From Nitrososphaerales archaeon (lineage in GTDB: Archaea; Thermoproteota; Nitrososphaeria; Nitrososphaerales; JACPRH01): a stretch of DNA of 45,649 nt. The translations under genes were made by a program, and so were the position numbers. Location of the stretch: NCBI GenBank assembly GCA_036514475.1, contig DATBXD010000234.1:1-45649 (forward strand), given 5' to 3'. Each line of letters starts with the position of its first letter. The stretch's first letter is position 1. The notes beneath the pieces are model-generated. The model was not told where the DNA came from. It searched no databases and worked only from the letters and a program-made list of their open reading frames with translations. Shown piece after piece: positions 9,657 through 18,679 of this stretch.

Positions 9657-10319
9657 CTATTTCTTTAAGGATTCAAAGCTTTTTAGTAGTGAAATTACTT
9701 CATCATCTTCTACCTGAGAGAAGTTTTGGTAGAATTGACCTATAGCGAAGAAAGTCTTTGGAGTGCATAGACAGACAACTTCGTCAACTAGCTTCTTCAT
9801 AGCCTCGATAGTATCTACCGGAGCTACCGGCACTGCAATTACAACCTTAGCCGGTTCTTGAAGAAGTGTTGATTTAACGGCGGCCTTCATGGTCGCTCCC
9901 GTTGCAAGTCCATCATCAACAATTACAATTATTCTATCTTTCAAAGAAGTCCGAGGTTTATCGCCTAGATAAAGACGCATTCTACGTTTTATCTCAGACA
10001 TCTCATGAATCTTTCTAGCCTCAATGTACTTTTTATCAACTCCGAGGAAAGAAACTAGTGAAAGGTCGAGAATAGATTCACCATCTTCAGTTACAGCACC
10101 AATTGCCAGTTCAGAATTTCCTGGTGCGCCTATCTTTCTTGGAATTATGATGCTAAGAGAGGCATCCAATTTTTTTGCCACCTCGAAGCCTACAACTACT
10201 CCACCACGCGGTACAGCTAGAACCACGGTTTTTTCAGACTTTAGATGATACAATCTTTCTGAGAGCTGTATTCCAGCATCTACTCTATCCTTGAAAAAAC
10301 AATCGAAAGATTCAGTCAA
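9657..10319 (-). CDS. Phosphoribosyltransferase-family protein of unknown specificity
   Basis: PRPP-binding loop IIVIVDDGLATGATM and an early VVLAVPRGGVVVG segment. The start codon is TTG. Confidence 0.8.
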   Translation of the reverse strand: MTESFDCFFKDRVDAGIQLSERLYHLKSEKTVVLAVPRGGVVVGFEVAKKLDASLSIIIPRKIGAPGNSELAIGAVTEDGESILDLSLVSFLGVDKKYIEARKIHEMSEIKRRMRLYLGDKPRTSLKDRIIVIVDDGLATGATMKAAVKSTLLQEPAKVVIAVPVAPVDTIEAMKKLVDEVVCLCTPKTFFAIGQFYQNFSQVEDDEVISLLKSFESLKK

Positions 10320-10584
10320 GTAAATTCACTTCTTCGTACACATTGAGGTAATATTTATCAGCTATTATTTAGAAGATTTATCTAGAAAACCATTTAATTC
10401 ACAGTATGAAAGGTATTTGAAAACGCATAACTTCATTGAATTGGAACAATACAGAAACTGAATAACGAGTCTTACCGCATTAGTTAACCATACTTAGCGA
10501 GGCCATCCGACAGACTTCATACAAATATCTTGTAATGGAAAATCTTTTACAGAAGTATTTCAAGATAAGAGGGTCTGAGATTAC

Positions 10585-11268
10585 TTGAACCCACTTTTCA
10601 AATTCGAACTACCTGAGGCTAGCCAAGCTCTGCCCAAAGCAACAGTTAAGATCATAAAGAATAGGATAAAATACATAAATGAAGGAGTTTCGAAAGTCGA
10701 GAAAGCTTCTGGGTTGAGCTATCCCCCATACTATGTTGAACCAGCACTTCTTGTATCTTCTAGTAGCACGGAAATAGGTCAACTTGGAGTTCTTTACGCT
10801 CGAATTTGTATAGAAGACGGGATAGGGGGAGTCCAAATATGGGTTCAATTATCAGCACCATTAGTAGCATACGGGTTGAGATCAACCATAAACGCAGTTT
10901 TAGCCCATGAGTTTATGCATTACGTAGAATTAGTTAGAAAATTCGCATCTCTTGACATCATATCCGATGAAGTTTCAAGTACACTTCATCAAGCATTATA
11001 CTCAGATTATGAAAAGCTTTTTGAGCCGAAATGGTTATTCAAAGACAAATCATTAATAAAAAACATAAACACAAAGTTCTCAGACGGATTAGTAGATGAG
11101 CAACTGAATAGAAAGACAGTGAAAAACTGGGTTGAAAAGAATCTTCCAACAATAAACATACCGCCTGATGCAAACGTCGTGAGAATACCGGTCATGTCAA
11201 TTATGAGGACGAACTTTGACCCCCTGCTCAAAAACAGAATTGAAGAAATAAAGCGAATTAGTAAGTAA
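10585..11268 (+). CDS. Hypothetical protein with an HExxH motif (putative zincin-like metallopeptidase)
   Basis: 227-aa open frame with a single HExxH (AVLAHEFMHYVE). There is no in-frame ATG before that motif, so a TTG start at 10585 is implied. I recognise no family. Confidence 0.5.
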   Translation: MNPLFKFELPEASQALPKATVKIIKNRIKYINEGVSKVEKASGLSYPPYYVEPALLVSSSSTEIGQLGVLYARICIEDGIGGVQIWVQLSAPLVAYGLRSTINAVLAHEFMHYVELVRKFASLDIISDEVSSTLHQALYSDYEKLFEPKWLFKDKSLIKNINTKFSDGLVDEQLNRKTVKNWVEKNLPTINIPPDANVVRIPVMSIMRTNFDPLLKNRIEEIKRISK

Positions 11269-11426
11269 AATGCCAAAATATCTAGGTAACTCAAAAACAG
11301 ACTAATTTGATATGAAAAATGGAATTGATAAAGAATAAGTTCAGGGGAATACTTGAATTAATATCGATGAACGTCAGTCATAAATACGGCATGAATGATT
11401 CAATCTAGAGAAAAGTGCACTTGTAG

Positions 11427-13076
11427 ATGATGGGAATAAACAATAATAGCAGTAGATTGAGCGAATCTGAAAAAAATAATCTAACCCGAATAATCCAAGA
11501 CATCTCAAAAGGAAATCAAATAGTGAGCGCAATAGCTTATGGATCCAGAGTTGCGGGTTATGCAAACAAAGAAAGCGATTATGATGTAATAATTGTTCTT
11601 AACAACTACAAGCCAAAAGTAAAGTACAGATATGTTAAGGGTGAAATCGATATTTCAGCGCTACTCGTTAACAAAGAAGATATTCAATCAGATGCTGAGA
11701 GAGCAACATTAGGCGAGTTTGTAGCCGGGAGACTTCTAAACATATATGAACCCCTAATAGGTGAAGAACTAAACAAAATAGAGCATAATCTAAAACGAAG
11801 AGTTATACTCGAATCCCTTGAGGAAATAGAAGCGTCATTTGGGGAGTTTTCATGTGAAATAGTGATTCCGGTTGAATATTTTCTGTACGATAAACTCAAA
11901 AAAAGAGCGACGATATACCCCCCAGTGCTCTATAGCTACGCTAAAACCTATGGAGAGAGTTTGGCAAAAATAAACACTGAAGCAGCCTGTTTAGGGTTTC
12001 TTGAGGCTCTAAACGAAATAGAAAAAAAAGGTCTAGTAAATATGGAAAATGGAAAAATCCGAATAAGAAATAGCTCATCAGAAAGCTGGTCAAAAAAATT
12101 ATCAGAGATGTTCAGAGACACTAAGAGAGGCCTAACCCAATATGCAGTACATGGATACGCTGGAACGGTGGGACTTGATGTAATAGGAAAAGAATTATTT
12201 TCTAAAATAGCGAGGACAAGAAAAGGCTTTGATATACCAATTGCAATTAAACACCCAAGAAAACTCTGGAGTCTAGAAGAAGGGTCACTAATAATTGATG
12301 AATACAATTGGTTCAACAAACTTCTGGAACAACAAGGTTTCAAAAGTGATGCAAAAGTAAGAGTAGAAAACGCGGGGGAAGTGTACTCAGTTTCAAAAAT
12401 TTATAGCGTAGAAGATGACACCCATAAGTTGAAATTTGTCATAAAGAATTTTTCAGATATAAAAGCACTAAAATGGATATTTCTCAACATTTGGACTCTT
12501 CTATCTAAACGGTTTGATATGAACCCAATGTCAAGACTTTACAGAGAGTATTCAGCAATACGAAGACTCCGCAATTTAGGTTTGAATACCCCGAAGGTAA
12601 TATCCATAATATTAGACCATAAAATGCTAGTGACAGAGTATATTGATGGCCCAGATCTTGCGAAATTAATAATCGGATTCTTCAGTGGAAACGAAAGAAG
12701 CCTGAACACCGTGAGACAATATGGACAAGAACTTGGAAAGGTACATAGCGCTGGGTACACCTTAGGTGACACTAAACCTAGTAACGTTCTATATTCTAAC
12801 AATAAAATATACTTAGTAGATTTGGAACAAATGGGTCAAAATAATGATAAAGGCTGGGATTTAGCTGAATTTGTCTACTACTCATCAAAATTCACTATTG
12901 ACAGTGAGAAAGCTGGTATTCTCGTTGAAGAATTCCTAGATGGATATTTATCATATGGGAGGAAAGAATGGATAAAGGAATCTTTGAAAATAGGGTATTT
13001 GACACCTTTTCAGCCGATGTTAGCGCCTAACGTATCAAGGACGGTCAGACGTAAGATGAAAGAAAAATCTAGCTAG
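11427..13076 (+). CDS. Fusion protein: N-terminal Pol-beta-type nucleotidyltransferase (Tam41/MMP37-like?) and C-terminal RIO/ePK-like kinase
   Basis: NTase motif AYGSRVAGYANKESDYDVIIV (GS-x-DxD) and LGEFVAGRLLNIYEP. Kinase motifs are KFVIKNF, LVTEYIDGPDL, LGDTKPSNVLY and YLVDLEQ. It is a single 549-aa frame. Confidence 0.7.
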   Translation: MMGINNNSSRLSESEKNNLTRIIQDISKGNQIVSAIAYGSRVAGYANKESDYDVIIVLNNYKPKVKYRYVKGEIDISALLVNKEDIQSDAERATLGEFVAGRLLNIYEPLIGEELNKIEHNLKRRVILESLEEIEASFGEFSCEIVIPVEYFLYDKLKKRATIYPPVLYSYAKTYGESLAKINTEAACLGFLEALNEIEKKGLVNMENGKIRIRNSSSESWSKKLSEMFRDTKRGLTQYAVHGYAGTVGLDVIGKELFSKIARTRKGFDIPIAIKHPRKLWSLEEGSLIIDEYNWFNKLLEQQGFKSDAKVRVENAGEVYSVSKIYSVEDDTHKLKFVIKNFSDIKALKWIFLNIWTLLSKRFDMNPMSRLYREYSAIRRLRNLGLNTPKVISIILDHKMLVTEYIDGPDLAKLIIGFFSGNERSLNTVRQYGQELGKVHSAGYTLGDTKPSNVLYSNNKIYLVDLEQMGQNNDKGWDLAEFVYYSSKFTIDSEKAGILVEEFLDGYLSYGRKEWIKESLKIGYLTPFQPMLAPNVSRTVRRKMKEKSS

Positions 13077-13084
13077 ACCTGCGG

Positions 13085-13297
13085 CTATTTGTTAAATTGA
13101 GTATAATTGCATTTTCCACAAGTTTGGCGGTTACTATGGTTCGCAAGGAAATAACCTTTGCCACAACGCGGACATTCCTTTTTCAATCGTTTGATAGTAG
13201 TACCCTCTATCTTGTAATACTTTGAAACTGGGGTTCTAGTTTTTTTCGAATCAGACTTTACCGGATCAGGCTTCTTTGAATCACTTTTAGCAGACAT
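13085..13297 (-). CDS. rps27ae: Ribosomal protein S27ae (eS31)
   Basis: Zinc ribbon CPRCGKGYFLANHSNRQTCGKCNYT, with a Lys-rich N-extension carrying a KSDSKK duplication. Confidence 0.9.
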   Translation of the reverse strand: MSAKSDSKKPDPVKSDSKKTRTPVSKYYKIEGTTIKRLKKECPRCGKGYFLANHSNRQTCGKCNYTQFNK

Positions 13298-13334
13298 TTC
13301 TAATCTAACCCTCTAAACTCTTCAAGCCTAATCT

Positions 13335-13694
13335 CTAAGATTTAGGCTTTTTAGCCTTTTCAGCAGGCTTTGCAGGGGCTATCACAGGTTTATCTTTAGA
13401 TTCAGATTCTTTAGTTTCCGGTGGCGTGTTTCTCTTCAAAAGATATTCGGGAATGTCATTGGTAGCGGCTTTTTCGTTTTCATAAATGTAGAAGAGACCT
13501 GTCGCATCACGGGTCCCAGATTTGCCCTCAAGAGAAATTAAATATACTTTATGATTACCCGTATTGAGAGTTTTTGAAATATTCTTTACAGCTTCTTGAC
13601 GAGAAATATGCCCAAAATTACCTTTGAAAATACAAGAAACTTCCCTACGATTTACTAATATATTTTGCTTATCACTTAGTACTTCGACTTCCAT
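13335..13694 (-). CDS. rps24e: Ribosomal protein S24e (eS24)
   Basis: MEVEVLSDKQNILVNRREVSCIFKG... is typical of S24e, followed by a Lys/Pro/Ala-rich C-tail. Its position in the Spt4, DUF359, S24e, S27ae run is conserved. Confidence 0.9.
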   Translation of the reverse strand: MEVEVLSDKQNILVNRREVSCIFKGNFGHISRQEAVKNISKTLNTGNHKVYLISLEGKSGTRDATGLFYIYENEKAATNDIPEYLLKRNTPPETKESESKDKPVIAPAKPAEKAKKPKS

Positions 13695-13752
13695 TTGTCC
13701 TCACGGTTACTAACTCAGCAGAAATGGCATATTAATACATTACGAACAAACA

Positions 13753-14298
13753 TCAACCTAAAACTATGTCCATCTCATTTAAAATTGAAGCGGTGGATTT
13801 TCTCAAATTATCATTTATTCGCACCATGACCATTCCAGAATTAGGCTGGCCGTAAGCCACAACACTATCATTCGGATAAGTTGCCAGTATTGGAAGCGCT
13901 AGCAAATCCTCTTCACCAAATACAATTATCCTGACAGGCTTCTTAGCATATAATGCGTTTGAAACAGAGTAAATAGCCTCATCAGTAAGATGACCAGCTT
14001 CATTTGATACTCTCAGTTCAGTATTATAATGAGAAGAAGGCAAACTTCTAGGCACACGCATCTCAACGCTGTCTACCACTTCGACATCCGGTCTAAAACC
14101 TAAAGATAATAACTTCTCAGTTGTTGCATCACCTACTGAAACAAGCAAAAAACAGCCATTCAATTCCTTCTCAATGGAACTTACGTTGAGATGTTCATTC
14201 TTGACTAGAATACCTAAAGGCCTTTTCAGAATTGGTCTAAATCGTTCCGGTAGACGATGAGACGCCAATTTTTCGCACTTTAGAGTATGAGATTCCAA
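13753..14298 (-). CDS. DUF359 protein (archaeal GTP-dependent dephospho-CoA kinase family)
   Basis: Motif region LVSVGDATTEKLLSLGFRPDVEVVDSVEMR. It sits in the conserved position between spt4 and rps24e. Confidence 0.75.
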   Translation of the reverse strand: MESHTLKCEKLASHRLPERFRPILKRPLGILVKNEHLNVSSIEKELNGCFLLVSVGDATTEKLLSLGFRPDVEVVDSVEMRVPRSLPSSHYNTELRVSNEAGHLTDEAIYSVSNALYAKKPVRIIVFGEEDLLALPILATYPNDSVVAYGQPNSGMVMVRINDNLRKSTASILNEMDIVLG

Positions 14299-14302
14299 AA
14301 TA

Positions 14303-14491
14303 TTAATTGACTTTTAAGGCATATCGACCGACCTTAGATACGCCCAAAGATCTAGCTATTTGCGACTTTTCAGAATTATTTATAATAATCAAACCGGACC
14401 ACTCAGAAGATAAATCTGCAGAGTTACAAATCGGACAGTTCTTACCAGATGCTAGACTTTTGCACTTTCTACAAGCACGTTCCTTAACCAT
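14303..14491 (-). CDS. spt4: Transcription elongation factor Spt4 (RpoE'')
   Basis: 62 aa with zinc ribbon CRKCKS...CPICNS. It lies immediately downstream of rpo7. Confidence 0.85.
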   Translation of the reverse strand: MVKERACRKCKSLASGKNCPICNSADLSSEWSGLIIINNSEKSQIARSLGVSKVGRYALKVN

Positions 14492-14503
14492 CTATCCACA
14501 CGC

Positions 14504-15109
14504 TCACTCAGATTTTGCGGTACTTTTCTTTTGTTTCTTCATAAGATCTTCATCTATCCATTCTATAGCACCGAGAAATGGCTGCCTGCAAGTTACACCT
14601 ATCTTTCCAAGGCTTGCTCCCCGTCCAAGACTTACAGCTGTAATTCTCACTCTTACTTTTGAGCCTACTTTCAAGGATCGTTTCGTTTGGCTTGCCGTAA
14701 TAACACCTTGTTTAATATCACTAGTCAAATAGTCATCAGTGATTTGTGAAAGATGAAGTAGAGCGTCAGCAGGACCTATTCTAACGAATGCACCAAAATC
14801 AGTTATTTCAACAACCTCACCTTCAACGATTTCTTGAAGTGCAGGGAAAAAGGATAACACTGCAAAATCAACTTTATGATATCTAGCACCGTCACCAGGT
14901 ATAATTTTACCTACATGATCAACCTTTACGTCAGTAATTAGAACCAAATAGCCCATTTCAGGGCTAATAGTACTTTCGTATTTTACCCTAAGAACTGATA
15001 AAGATACATCCTCAATATCGATGCCAAACTTGTCTGATGGGACCCGAACAACATCGGTAATATACGCAATTTGAAACAATACAGATACCTCTTCAACAAA
15101 GGACTTCAA
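14504..15109 (-). CDS. rpoE: DNA-directed RNA polymerase subunit Rpo7 (E')
   Basis: N-terminal Rpb7-like domain plus an S1 domain (GEVVEITDFGAFVRIGPADALLHLSQI). The likelier start is TTG about 15079 (LFQIAYITDVVRVP). Confidence 0.9.
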   Translation of the reverse strand: MKSFVEEVSVLFQIAYITDVVRVPSDKFGIDIEDVSLSVLRVKYESTISPEMGYLVLITDVKVDHVGKIIPGDGARYHKVDFAVLSFFPALQEIVEGEVVEITDFGAFVRIGPADALLHLSQITDDYLTSDIKQGVITASQTKRSLKVGSKVRVRITAVSLGRGASLGKIGVTCRQPFLGAIEWIDEDLMKKQKKSTAKSE

Positions 15110-15147
15110 ATATATAGTTAAGAACCTTTTGGATATTCCTATTATGT

Positions 15148-15531
15148 TTACGTAACCCCTTCGGTGACAAATCTATTGCCTCTTTGAAAAAGTACTGTAA
15201 CCATAGAAGACCTTAATCTCTTCCTGAGATTGTTGTCAAGAGTTGCTACAATAACTCCGCCCAATTTGGCGTAGTTCAAGATTTTGTCGTCTACATTCAG
15301 ACCTTCTGAAACAGTGACACACTTTAACTTTGAAGCATATTGCAATGCTCGTTCAGCCTCTCGACTGCGCTTAGTCGATGCAAGTTTACTAATAGAAAGC
15401 AATTCGTTTACTACATCTTTTAGAACAACTAGCTCAACTTTCCCGATGGAATTCTTTATTTCTTCAAAACCATAAGTTGGAGAATTGGCAATAAGCATAA
15501 GAAAACTTGAGTCGAGAAGAATCAAGACCAT
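15148..15531 (-). CDS. PIN-domain protein (Fcf1/Utp24-like, COG1412-type)
   Basis: MVLILLDSSFLM... with acidic PIN residues. It occupies the conserved slot between aIF2-gamma and rpo7. Confidence 0.8.
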   Translation of the reverse strand: MVLILLDSSFLMLIANSPTYGFEEIKNSIGKVELVVLKDVVNELLSISKLASTKRSREAERALQYASKLKCVTVSEGLNVDDKILNYAKLGGVIVATLDNNLRKRLRSSMVTVLFQRGNRFVTEGVT

Positions 15532-15541
15532 TATGACTCGA

Positions 15542-16801
15542 CTAGATTACTAATCCTGAGCCTATTAGACGCCACCGTTCGTTTATTCTTCGGGTGATTG
15601 CGACTCTACTATCTGAGAATAAACACACGGGACGTTTTAGGTCGACCGTTACTACTCCCCGTTCAACTGCGCTAACTGGACCAGACGTCACAGTCGTTCC
15701 AACATTTAATCGTAAAGATTCACCACGTTTAATAGGTTCTACCTTAACCAATCCTGTAGAACCAACAGCAAATTCGAAGAGATTAGTCTTCATTGACAAT
15801 GACATGATAGTTTGTGGGAGTCCACTTACTAGACCAATCACTGTACCTAGTAGGTTATCTGCACGTGTAATAGAAGGGTCTAACGTTGTACCTAATGCTA
15901 CAAGTCCGCCCGGACCGACGGATTCAACAAGACCGGCACTGGTTCCTATACTAATTATTTTTGTGAAAATAGATTCATACTTTCCGTTTTTTTCATTTAC
16001 AATACCGGGCTTAAGTTCGATTTCATCACCGACCTTAAAGGTACCTTTAATGAGTGTCCCGCCAATAACTCCTCCTTTTATCTGGGAAATAGAAAACCCT
16101 GGTCGATTAACGTCAAATGACCGAAGTATTTGCATAAGAGGTTTGTCATCGGAATCACGAGCCGGTGTAGGAACGAACTCTTCGAGAGCCCAAATCAAAG
16201 CATCCATGTTCAGCTTACGCTGACCTGAAACGGGAATAATAGGAGCGTTTTCAGCAACTGTACCTTTTACAAACTTTTTAATTGCCTGATAATTATTTTC
16301 AGCTTCTAAGTCATTAACTAGATCTATTTTGTTTTGAGCAATAACTATGTTTTTCATACCAAGCATGTCAAGTGAAAGCAAATGTTCTCTAGTTTGAGGT
16401 TGCGGAACACTTTCGTTAGCACCAATAACGAGTATAGCACCATTCATCACGGCTGCACCTGATAGCATTATTGCCATAAGACTTTCATGACCTGGGGTAT
16501 CTACGAAGCTGACCACCCGAAGAAGAGTACTTTCACCCCCACAATTAGTGCATTTAGGAGTCGCTGAGTAACTGATAGGCGGAGAGCATTTATCACATTT
16601 GTAGAAAGCTGCGTCAGCATATCCAATCTTAATTGTAATACCTCGCCTAAGCTCCTCGCTGTGAGCAGATGTCCATATCCCAGTTATCCCCTCAACAATA
16701 GTTGTCTTTCCATGGTCTACATGACCTACTGTTCCTATGTTAACTTCTGGTTGACGAGGAAGTAAAGACTTTTGATCTTGAGGTTCAGTTCTTTCAGTCA
16801 T
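15542..16801 (-). CDS. eif2g: Translation initiation factor aIF2 gamma subunit
   Basis: GTPase motifs GHVDHGKTT, DTPGH and NKIDL, plus zinc knuckle CDKC...CTNC. Confidence 0.95.
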   Translation of the reverse strand: MTERTEPQDQKSLLPRQPEVNIGTVGHVDHGKTTIVEGITGIWTSAHSEELRRGITIKIGYADAAFYKCDKCSPPISYSATPKCTNCGGESTLLRVVSFVDTPGHESLMAIMLSGAAVMNGAILVIGANESVPQPQTREHLLSLDMLGMKNIVIAQNKIDLVNDLEAENNYQAIKKFVKGTVAENAPIIPVSGQRKLNMDALIWALEEFVPTPARDSDDKPLMQILRSFDVNRPGFSISQIKGGVIGGTLIKGTFKVGDEIELKPGIVNEKNGKYESIFTKIISIGTSAGLVESVGPGGLVALGTTLDPSITRADNLLGTVIGLVSGLPQTIMSLSMKTNLFEFAVGSTGLVKVEPIKRGESLRLNVGTTVTSGPVSAVERGVVTVDLKRPVCLFSDSRVAITRRINERWRLIGSGLVI

Positions 16802-16884
16802 CTAACTACGAGAGGATTCAGAGGGGTATATAATATTAATGAAACGATGAAAAAAGAAGAATAATCAAAAATGCAAATGGAATT

Positions 16885-17304
16885 TTAAGGTTTAGCGGTT
16901 TTTTTCACGGCTTTAGTAACGGATTTCTTGTTTTCAATCTTAGGAGCTTTCTCATGCTTCTCTGTTTTTATAAAAACTGCGTTTATTTGATATATGTCTT
17001 CAGTAATGGTATTTCCGCGCACCATTTTTCTTTTCTTGAGACCGTCATATTTTTCCCTTAATCCGACTCCGCGAGAAAGCAATACGTACTTTTTAACTCC
17101 GCCATGTACGTCGGATCTCATGGGAAAGCCAGCGCTATCGCTTCCACCAGTCAACCTGATTTTGCCTTCAAGCCCAAAAGATGCGCCGTCAAGATCACTA
17201 CAAAGCTTCAAACCGTTGAAAACACGGAATTGATCAGGAGTAAGCTCTAACATGGTTGCTTTCCCTGTTTCAGGATCCGATACGATAAGTTTTGATTTTG
17301 CCAC
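16885..17304 (-). CDS. rps6e: Ribosomal protein S6e (eS6)
   Basis: KLIVSDPETGKA..., GFPMRSDVHGGVKKYVLL. GTG start and a Lys-rich C-tail. Confidence 0.9.
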   Translation of the reverse strand: MAKSKLIVSDPETGKATMLELTPDQFRVFNGLKLCSDLDGASFGLEGKIRLTGGSDSAGFPMRSDVHGGVKKYVLLSRGVGLREKYDGLKKRKMVRGNTITEDIYQINAVFIKTEKHEKAPKIENKKSVTKAVKKTAKP

Positions 17305-17770
17305 TGGAAGTCGTCCACACGCTCTTCACCACTCAGCTAATAAGTATTTACTCATAAGCAGCCTTACCCTCTGTATTTCATATCGATTCGGTTTCACCTG
17401 TCTATCGGATTTTTGTTGCAGTCTTGAACAGTATCTTCGTTCTACCGGATTTAATCCTGATAGTCGCTTTCAATCATATTAGCGAGTCGATTCCAAGGTT
17501 CTTGGGACGGAGCTAAATTGTTGATATACACAATGCGCCTTCATCAAAATTAAATGACTTAGAGATGAATACCGACAACTTGGATAAAGAAACTTTCTTA
17601 GAGCAAGAACCATTCTAACATACTATGTACTTGGGCAATAGGATTTCACAATAGAATTCTGGGAATTAAGCCATATCGATGAATGGATCATTCATGAATT
17701 AGGTTAGAAAGTATGGTATTCATAGAAACAAATATAGTATAATGCAAATATTATCGTTAGGAGAGTTAGC

Positions 17771-18679
17771 ATGACAGTAATAATGGATTGCAAGAACCTT
17801 TTTCAAAATGTTTCGGATGAGATTAGGAAAGACGTGAGAATGCTTAAGGAGGAAAAAGGGATTATACCGTGCTTAGCTGCTCTACTCGTTGGAGATGACC
17901 CTGTTTCTCAAACGTATGTCTCACTGAAAGAAAAGGATTGTGAAAAAGTTGGAATAGAATCAAAAGTTTACAAGATGTTTGAATGCCCACCAGATAAGAG
18001 AAACAAAGAAGTATTAGATACAATAAGAAAGTTGAACAATGATCCACAAATACATGGGATCCTAATTCAACTACCATTCCCAGATTTCATAAACAAGGAA
18101 GAGGTGTTTGAAACATTATCTCCGAAGAAAGACGTTGATGGGCTTACGCCTTACAATATGGGTAAAATCATTCTCGGAGAATATACGATGGAAAATAGTT
18201 TCATCCCATGCACACCTAAAGGAGCAGTAGTAATATTGAACCACTTTGGAATAGAAGTTGCTCAAAAAGACGTAGTAATTGTAGGTAGAAGTGCGCTGGT
18301 TGGAGAACCTCTTAGAAAACTGCTACAAGATAAAGATGCCACTGTCACTTGTGTACATAGAAAAACTGAAAACATGAAGAAGAGATTACAAGAGGCAGAT
18401 ATTGTGGTAGCGGCCGCCGGAAGACCACCTGAGCTCTACCCAAAGGACTCGTTCAGACTGACTGCTGAAATGGTAAAGGAAAAAGTAGTGGTACTTGGGA
18501 TTGGAGTTAGAAGAGATCAGGGAACGGGTAAACTAGTATTTGACATAGATTTTGATGATCTCAAAGAAAAAGCGTCATATATTACGCCAAACACAGGAAG
18601 TACAGGACTTATGACAAGGGGGATGCTTATGAAGAATACCATCATAGCAGCTAAGAGACTAGCTGACTATAACCCGTAA
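17771..18679 (+). CDS. folD: Bifunctional methylene-tetrahydrofolate (or H4MPT-like) dehydrogenase/cyclohydrolase FolD
   Basis: LVGDDPVSQTYVSLKEK, HGILIQLPFP, KDVDGL, VVIVGRSALVGEPL. The C-terminal motif is divergent (ITPNTGSTGLMT instead of PGGVGPMT). A GGAG lies 8 nt before the ATG. Confidence 0.85.
   Translation: MTVIMDCKNLFQNVSDEIRKDVRMLKEEKGIIPCLAALLVGDDPVSQTYVSLKEKDCEKVGIESKVYKMFECPPDKRNKEVLDTIRKLNNDPQIHGILIQLPFPDFINKEEVFETLSPKKDVDGLTPYNMGKIILGEYTMENSFIPCTPKGAVVILNHFGIEVAQKDVVIVGRSALVGEPLRKLLQDKDATVTCVHRKTENMKKRLQEADIVVAAAGRPPELYPKDSFRLTAEMVKEKVVVLGIGVRRDQGTGKLVFDIDFDDLKEKASYITPNTGSTGLMTRGMLMKNTIIAAKRLADYNP

Noticed and set aside
14307-14732. 141-aa ORF on the plus strand
   Set aside because: It is antisense to spt4 and rpo7 and is a shadow ORF of conserved genes. 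The same reasoning applies to 32178-32609, 42974-43354, 11948-12343, 19403-19798, 25542-25922, 447-764 and the other short antisense ORFs in the track.
15594-16223. 209-aa ORF on the plus strand
   Set aside because: It lies entirely antisense within the highly conserved aIF2-gamma gene and has a Ser/Thr/Pro/Arg-rich low-complexity composition typical of shadow ORFs.
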